Assembly: GCA_963810725.1 (NCBI GenBank)
Contig: CAWEOO010000001.1
Location: forward strand, 155,157-219,156
DNA: 64,000 bases
Source: an uncultured Chloroflexia bacterium
GTDB taxonomy: Bacteria > Chloroflexota > Limnocylindria > Limnocylindrales > CSP1-4
Direction: 5' to 3'
This document shows, piece after piece, positions 57,868-64,000 of the stretch. The notes beneath the pieces are model-generated. The model was not told the origin of the DNA. It made no database searches and saw only the letters and a list, made by a program, of their open reading frames with translations. How positions within the stretch are numbered: the first letter of the stretch is position 1; each line of letters starts with the position of its first letter. The translations under genes and the position numbers were made by a program.

Positions 57868-59441
57868 ATGCTGCGCCGGTCCGTCCTGCTCGTCCGGCCC
57901 TGCTCGCCGGCGCGTTGCTCGCCGGTGCCTGCTCCCAGGCCCCGGCGGCGGAGAGCGATGGCACCGCAAGGATCGCCCTTGGCCTCCCGACGAGCCTGGA
58001 CCCGGCCGCCACCGGTGACGCGGGCAGCGCCGCCTTCATCGCCCAGTTCTTCGAGACGCTGACGACCTTCGACGAGACCCTCGAACTGCGGCCGGCCCTC
58101 GCCGAGTCGTGGCGGATCGAGGACGGCGGGCGCAGGGTCATCTTCCATCTTCGGCCCGGGCTCACCTTCAGCGACGGCTCCCCGTTACGGGCTGCCGACG
58201 TGGTTCGCAGCTGGCTGCGGATCATCGATCCGGCCGCGCCGTCCCCGCTGGCGACGTTGATGCTCGATGTCGAGGGAGCGCTGGGCTACATCCAGGGCAA
58301 TGGCAACGCGGACGAGGTCGGCCTGACCGCCGACGAGGCGGCCAATGACGTGATCGTCGATCTCGTGCGGCCCGCAGCCGAGTTCGTCACGGTCGTCGCG
58401 AGCCCCACGTTCGGGATCGTGCCGCCGGGCGTCGGCAGCGACGCCGGGGCGCTGCTCGCGGGCGATTCCTTCGTCGTCAGCGGTGGGTACCACCTCGCCG
58501 AGGTGACCGAGGACGCGATGGTCCTGCGCGCCAACCCGGCGTACTGGGCCGGACCGCCGGCCATCGGCGAGATCACCGTCGTCACCGACATCGGAGGCGC
58601 CAGCGGCGTCGATGCCTTCGAGGAAGGCGAGATCGATTACATCGGCATCTCCGAGTTCGATGCGTCGTGGATCGCCTACGACCCGGTCCTTGGTCCGCAA
58701 CTGCGCGAGGTACCGTCGCTCTCGACGGACTTCTACGGGTTCGACACGAGCCGGCCGCCGTTCGACGACGTGAATGTCCGGCGAGCCTTCGCGGCGGCCG
58801 TCGACTGGCGCCGGATCGCCGTCCTTGCGGTCTCCAACCCGGACGCCGTCGCGACGTCCATGGTCCCGCCCGGCATCCCGGATCGGAGCGATCGCGACGT
58901 CCTGCCCGATCACGACCCGGAATCCGCCCGGGCGCTGCTCGCCGATGCGGGATTCCCGGGCGGCCGGGGCTTCCCGGAGGTCACGCTCCTGACCGGCGGC
59001 TCGCCGTACGATCAGGCCGTCGTCAGCGAGATCAAGCGCGAGCTCGGCGTGACGCTGAACGCCGAGGTCATGGACTTCGGCACGTACTTCGACCGATTGG
59101 ACAACGATCCACCGCAGATGTGGCAGCTGTCGTGGGTCGCGGACTACCCCGGCCGCAACGACTTCCTCGGCGTGCTGCTCGCGACCGGGTCCACGAACAA
59201 CTACGGCCGCTGGAGCTCCGATGAGTTCGACGCCGCGATCCTCGAAGCGGGCGCGACCACGGACGAGGCCGCGGCGGCGGCCGCCTACGACCGGGCCGAG
59301 GACGTCGTCCAGCGCGACGCGCCGGTCATCCCGATCACCTACGGCTCGGGCTGGGCCCTGGCCCGGGACGGGCTGCTGGGCGCCGGCCAGAACGGCCTGG
59401 GGGCGCTGCGCTTCGCCGGACTGGCGTGGGGCCAGCCGTGA
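57868..59441 (+). CDS. ABC-transporter substrate-binding lipoprotein, family 5 (peptide/nickel type). N-terminus ambiguous.
   Basis: Lipobox LLAGALLAGACS. FETLTTFDETLELRPALAESWRIEDGGRRVIFHLRPGLTFSDGSPL. ATG 57868 (MLRRSVLLV..) is in frame 1 and would need a shift near ~57897. The as-written in-frame start is GTG 57789. Confidence 0.75.
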
Positions 59442-60709
59442 CGGCGTGGCGTCTCGCGAACGCGACCGAGGCGCGGGTGCGAGTGGCTCGCTGGATGCTC
59501 GTCGCCGCGTTCGCCGCGCTGACCGCCGCCGCCGCGCTCGCCGGTCCCGCCGTGACGCCGGCCCGGGCCGCCGAACCGGACTTCGGAACGCCCACCATCG
59601 AGGGCACGTTCGGGCAGGGCCTGGAGCTCACCCAGCCCGTCACGCTCGATGAGACGCCCGCCCGCGTCGAGGTTCTGCTCACCTTCGCCGACGCGTCGCC
59701 GCTCGTCGTGGAGCTGCCCCCGCCCACCTCGACCGGCGCGACCACCCTGCGCCACCAGGTCAGCGTCGCCGCCGACGGCCACCTCCTGCCCAACACCCCG
59801 GTTTCTGCGCGATGGCGGATCACGCCGGAAGACGGCGATCCCGTGCTGGGCCCGAAGATCGCCACCCTCTACGCCGACGAGCGCTTCGACTGGAAGACGG
59901 TTCGTGGCGACTTCGTGACTGTCCACTGGTACGAAGGCGATACCGCGTTCGGCGAACGGTCGATGCGGGTCGGCGACGACGCGGTCAAGAAGACTGCGGA
60001 TCTTCTCGGCGTCACCGAAGACGAGCCCATCGACTTCTTCATCTACGCCGATCAGGATGCGTTCTACGACGCCCTCGGGCCGGGAACTCGCGAGAACGTT
60101 GGCGGCCAGGCGAACGCCGAGATCCGCACGCTGTTCGCGCTGGTCGGGGCGTCGGATGTCGGCTGGGACGAGATCGTCGTGCGCCACGAGCTCGTCCATC
60201 TCGTCTTCGACACCGCCGTCCAGAACCCGTACCACTTCCCGCCGCGCTGGCTGAACGAGGGCCTGGCGGTCTACCTGAGCCAGGGCTACGACGCCGGCGA
60301 TCGCGCGGCGGTCGAGAGCGCGGCCCGCGGCGGCACGCTGATCCCGCTCGACGGGCTGGTCGGCCAGTTCCCGACCGGCGACGGGTTCTTCCTCGCGTAT
60401 GCCGAGAGCGTCAGCGCGGTCGACTACTTCATCCGGACCCACGACCAGGATGCGCTCGTCGACCTCATCGGCTCGTACGCGGACGGCCTGACCGACAACG
60501 AGGCGTTCGAGGCCGCGATCGGGCAGGACGTGGCGGAGTTCAACGCCGCGTGGCTCGCCGACCTGGGTGCGGTCGTGCCCGCGAAGCACGGGCCGCAGCC
60601 GGCCCCGCCGGGTCCGCGGCCATCCGCCTGGGGAGCACCGGGCGAGATCCCGGGCGCCACGACCAGGCCCGGCGCCCCGGCGCCCATCGGCAGCCCCGAT
60701 CCCGGGTGA
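59438..60709 (+). CDS. Secreted MA-clan (Peptidase_MA_2-like) metallopeptidase. It probably continues through TGA 60707 to 60844.
   Basis: GTGA overlap with the SBP stop. Signal peptide: WMLVAAFAALTAAAALAGPAVTPARA. HELVHLVFD..x(13)..NEGLAVYLS. Confidence 0.75.
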   Translation: MTAWRLANATEARVRVARWMLVAAFAALTAAAALAGPAVTPARAAEPDFGTPTIEGTFGQGLELTQPVTLDETPARVEVLLTFADASPLVVELPPPTSTGATTLRHQVSVAADGHLLPNTPVSARWRITPEDGDPVLGPKIATLYADERFDWKTVRGDFVTVHWYEGDTAFGERSMRVGDDAVKKTADLLGVTEDEPIDFFIYADQDAFYDALGPGTRENVGGQANAEIRTLFALVGASDVGWDEIVVRHELVHLVFDTAVQNPYHFPPRWLNEGLAVYLSQGYDAGDRAAVESAARGGTLIPLDGLVGQFPTGDGFFLAYAESVSAVDYFIRTHDQDALVDLIGSYADGLTDNEAFEAAIGQDVAEFNAAWLADLGAVVPAKHGPQPAPPGPRPSAWGAPGEIPGATTRPGAPAPIGSPDPG

Positions 60710-60840
60710 GTCGGGACCGGCATCGATCTGATCCGCGGGGACTCTACGCTGCTCCTTGCCCTCGTCGCGGGCGTCGTCTTCCTCGCGGTCGGCCTCCTCG
60801 TGTTGTCGCGCTCCCGGCGCGGCCGGCCGGGCGCGGTGCC

Positions 60841-61614
60841 GTGACCGTCGCAGCGCGTCTGCGGGCCATCCCGAGCTGGCAGGTCACGCTCGGGGTCGCC
60901 CTCCTGGGTCTCGGGTTCCTGGTGGCGGCCCAGCTCGCGGCGGAGGGGCCGCGCGTCCGGTACACGACCCAGGAACGCTCCCCGCTCGTCGAGACGGCGA
61001 CCGACCTCCAGGCGGACCAGGAGGCGCTCAAGGCGTCGCTGCTCGACCTGCGGACGAGGATCCAGGCCGCGGAGCAGGTCGGGCGAGGGATCGGCGGCCC
61101 TGGTCGAAGGGCTCAACGACGAGCTCCAGGCCGCGCGGATCGCGGCGGGCCTGATCCCGCTGACCGGCTCCGGGATCGTGCTCCAGATCGAGGACTCGCT
61201 CGAGCCCGCCGATCCCGAGGGCAACACCGAGGACCTGCTGGTCGGGGCCCGTGACCTGCGCACGATCGTCGAGGAGCTGTGGGCCGCTGGCGCCGAGGCC
61301 GATCGCGGTCAACGGCGAGCGGATGACGCCGACGACCGCGGTCATCGATATCGGTCCGTCGATCCTCGTCAACTCCGCATACCTGGCCGGCCCGTACCAG
61401 GTGACGGCCATCGGGCCGGACGACCTGTATGCCGCGGCTGAGCGCGTCGCCGGGCTTCGTCGACTTCATCCGGGCGCGGGCCGAGGCGTGGGGTCTGCGG
61501 GTCTCGATCGCGGAGCCCGAAATCGGTCGACATGCCGGCGTTCGCCGGCACGGTGACGCTGCGCTACGCCCGGCCGCAGCCGTCGCCGCAAGCGGCGTCG
61601 ACCCGGACGGCTGA
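60841..61614 (+). pseudogene. DUF881-family protein (copy 1), read across four or five successive +1 frame steps
   Basis: TM helix WQVTLGVALLGLGFLVAAQL. Then GEGSAALVEGLNDELQAARIAAGLIPLTGSGIVLQIEDS | IAVNGERMTPTTAVIDIGPSILVNSAYLAGPYQVTAIG | SPGFVDFIRARAEAWGLRVS | VDMPAFAGTVTLRYA, in frames 1, 2, 0, 1, 2. Confidence 0.7.
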
Positions 61615-61618
61615 CGCG

Positions 61619-62297
61619 ATGCACCAACGCAGGAATCAGCTGACGATCGCGGCCGTGACCTTCATCCTCGGGTTGCTGGTCATCGTGCAGCTGCGGACCC
61701 AGGCGAGCGGCTCGGCGTTCGCCGGCCTGTCGTCGCAGGAGCTGACGGTGCTCGTCGCGAACCTGAACGATGGCAACGACCGTCTGCGCGGCGAGATCGG
61801 CGACGCTCGAGCGGGAGCTCGCGACCCTCACGACCAACACGCAACGTGGCGAGGTCTCGGTCGACGAGCTGCGCGCCGACCTGCGCCGCGTGCGCCTGTA
61901 CGCGGGCATCGATCCGGCGACGCGGCCCGGGCGTCGTCATCACGATCCGCGGCCCGATCGACGGCAGCGGCGTCGAGGACCTCGTCAATGAGCTGCGCAA
62001 CGCCGGCGCGGAGGCGATGGCGGTCGAGTCCGTCCGGCTCGTGCCCGGGGTCGTCACCGTCGGCGCCGCGGGGGCCGTCACGGTCGACGGCGTCCCGCTC
62101 GACGACCCGTTCGAGCTCCTGGCGATCGGCGCGCCCGGACAAGCTCACGGGCTCGCTGACCCGATCGGGCGGCATCATCGCGCAGCTCGCGGCGACCCTG
62201 CCCGACGTCGTCGTGGAGGTCACGCCCGCTCGAACGCGTCGACGTCCCGGCGACGGAGCGCGAACTGGTCCCGGGGCACGGCCGTCCGCGGCTCTGA
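61619..62297 (+). pseudogene. DUF881-family protein (copy 2), read across four +1 frame steps
   Basis: [25 protein letters not shown] | [27 protein letters not shown] | [40 protein letters not shown] | [17 protein letters not shown] | [10 protein letters not shown]. Confidence 0.7.
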
Positions 62298-62310
62298 TAG
62301 CCTGTCCGCC

Positions 62311-62589
62311 GTGCCGGTGCGACCCGTCCTGACCCTGCTGCTCGGCGACGTCCTGCGGCTTCGCCGGACCCACCCGTGCGGGGGCGATACCTGGCTCGTG
62401 GACCGGCTCGGGGCCGACATCGGGTTGCGCTGCCAGACCTGTGGCCGGCACGTCCTGCTGGAGCGGGCGACGCCTCGAACATCGCTTCGTCGAGTTCGTG
62501 CGGCGCGGCGACCCGGCGCTGAACGCCGCGGTCGCCGGCCGCCGGAGCCGCGGGCCGCGGCCGAAACACCCTCGGACGAGGGCCGATGA
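62311..62589 (+). pseudogene. DUF951-like small protein; frame uncertain after ~62470
   Basis: [42 protein letters not shown] matches my recollection of the DUF951 core (..HPCG..W.i.R.G.DI..KC..CgR.V...R). Confidence 0.55.
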
Positions 62590-62617
62590 CCGGGACCGGG
62601 GACCGGTCGACGCCGGC

Positions 62618-64000
62618 GTGGTCGCGCCGGAGTCGCCCGAAGCCAGCGACTCGGAGGGCGCGCTGGCGGTCTTCCGCAACGCCTCGTTCCTGCGTCTCTG
62701 GCTGTCGCAGGCGGCGACCCAGATCGGCGGCAACATGGTGCTGTTCGGCCTGACGGTCATCGTGTCGTCGACGCAGCCGAACACCGCGGTCAGCCTGCTC
62801 ATCCTGTCGTTCCTGGTGCCGGCCGTGCTGTTCTCGGCGGTGGCCGGCGTCTACGTCGACCGGGTCGATCGGCGGCTCGTCCTCATCGCCACGAACATCC
62901 TGCGTGGCTTCGCGATCGTCGGCCTGTTCCTCGTCGGCGACCACTTCCTGCTGATCCTGCTGCTGAACATCTTCGTCTCGACCGTGACGGTGTTCTTCGC
63001 GCCCGCGGAGGCGGCGATGATCCCCGAGGTCGTGCCGCGCCACCAGCTGCTGGCCGCGAACGGCGTCTTCACGATCACCCTGAACGCCGCGTTCGCCATC
63101 GGGTTCGCGCTGCTCGGTCCGCTCGTCGATCAACGTCTTCGGCCCGCAGGCGGTCATCATCATCGTCGCGGCCCTCTACTTCCTGGCCGCGGTCTTCTGC
63201 TTCACGCTGCCGCCCTCACCGCCGCCGGCCCGGGCCGCGACCGATACGGGCGCCCACCCGGTCGGCGCGACGCAGGAGGCGATCCGGTCCACCGTCGCGC
63301 AGCTGCGCGAGGGCCTCGATTTCATCTGGTCCAACCGCTCGATCGGCTGGTCGCTGCTCTATCTGGGGATCACCGCGTCGCTGATCGGCGTGCTCGGCGT
63401 GCTCGGTCCGGACTTCGCGGAGACGGCGCTCGGCCTCAAGCCCAAGGACTTCGCCGTGATCGTGCTGCCGCTCGGCGGCGGCATCGTGATGGGCATCCTG
63501 CTGCTCAACGCGTACGGCAAGTTCCTCCCGCGCCGGCGGGTCATCGAGGGTGGCCTGATCACGCTCGGGATCATGCTGGCGCTGCTCTCGATCGCGGGGC
63601 CGATCAGCCGGCTACTGCAGAGCGCCGATGACGCGAGCAGCCTGCTCGACCTCTCGGCGCTGACGTCGCTGCTGGCGATCGTCGTGGTCATCGCGTTCGT
63701 CGCCGGTCTGGCCTACGGCTGCGTGGCGATCCCGGCCCAGACCCAGCTGCAGGAGGACCTGCCCGAGGAGGTGCGGGGTCGGGTGTTCGGCGTCCTGAAC
63801 ATGCTCGTCTCGGTGTCGAGCTTCCTGCCGATCATCATCGTCGGCCCGATCTCGGACCTGATCGGGACGGGCACGGTCATGCTCGTGGTGGGCGTGGGTG
63901 TCCTCGCCACCGGCGTCGCCAGCGTCTTCCTGCGCGACCCGAACCTGGGCATCGCCGGCGCGAGCGCCGACCCGCATTTCGAGGACCCGCTCGCGGCCGC
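62618..64000 (+). pseudogene. MFS transporter (3' end outside window), with a frame change near ~63128
   Basis: Frame 2: LAVFRNASFLRLWLSQAATQIGGNMVLFGL..VYVDRVDRR..FFAPAEAAMIPEVV. Frame 0 from ~63129: INVFGPQAVIIIVAALYFLAA..RGRVFGVLNMLVSVSSFLPIIIVGPISDLIG. Confidence 0.75.

Noticed and set aside
60707-60709. Selenocysteine or programmed read-through at the in-frame TGA
   Set aside because: I could identify no SECIS-like hairpin immediately downstream. No sel genes are in view, and the assembly is demonstrably error-prone. It is kept only as a low-probability alternative in the finding.

Overview
Very GC-rich chromosomal segment with Actinomycetota-type core synteny. No rRNA, CRISPR array, integrase, transposase or recognisable defence system was found.

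Gene order, left to right:
- dxs, then an XRE-family gene bracketed by repeat arrays.
- tlyA-nadK-recN-xerD, then scpA-scpB-rluB-cmk-plsC-ispH-der-gpsA and tRNA-Pro.
- An accessory stretch: lipoproteins, an RDD protein, a PLP decarboxylase, an SLH protein and an aldehyde dehydrogenase.
- Molybdopterin genes moeA-moaC-mog.
- An EtfD-like Fe-S oxidoreductase, an acyl-CoA dehydrogenase and etfBA.
- nrdR-dcd, a thiol-disulfide module (glutaredoxin-like, ccdA, TlpA/ResA-like) and tRNA-Arg.
- An accessory glycosyltransferase-rich block, cysS, a peptide-binding protein, an MA-type peptidase, two DUF881 genes, DUF951 and an MFS transporter.

Many adjacent genes overlap by 4 nt (ATGA/GTGA), which helps fix the reading frames.

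Main caveat: about 20-25 conserved genes change reading frame as written, including essential der, cysS and dxs. At least 10 consecutive +1 steps fall in 60.8-63.2 kb. I read this as consensus indel error rather than biology, and it limits every gene call here.

Most unusual observations:
1. An HTH/nuclease-like gene bracketed by inverted arrays of 62-bp tandem repeats (1315-2677).
2. A glycosyltransferase whose N-terminus resembles the C-terminal domain of CysRS, about 1.3 kb from cysS.
3. Two small cassettes flanked by duplicated 3' ends of the upstream gene (the aldehyde dehydrogenase and tRNA-Arg).
4. A ~195-bp element with 34-nt inverted arms.
5. Tandem NrdR-box-like sites upstream of nrdR-dcd.
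6. An in-frame TGA separating a peptidase from its apparent membrane anchor.
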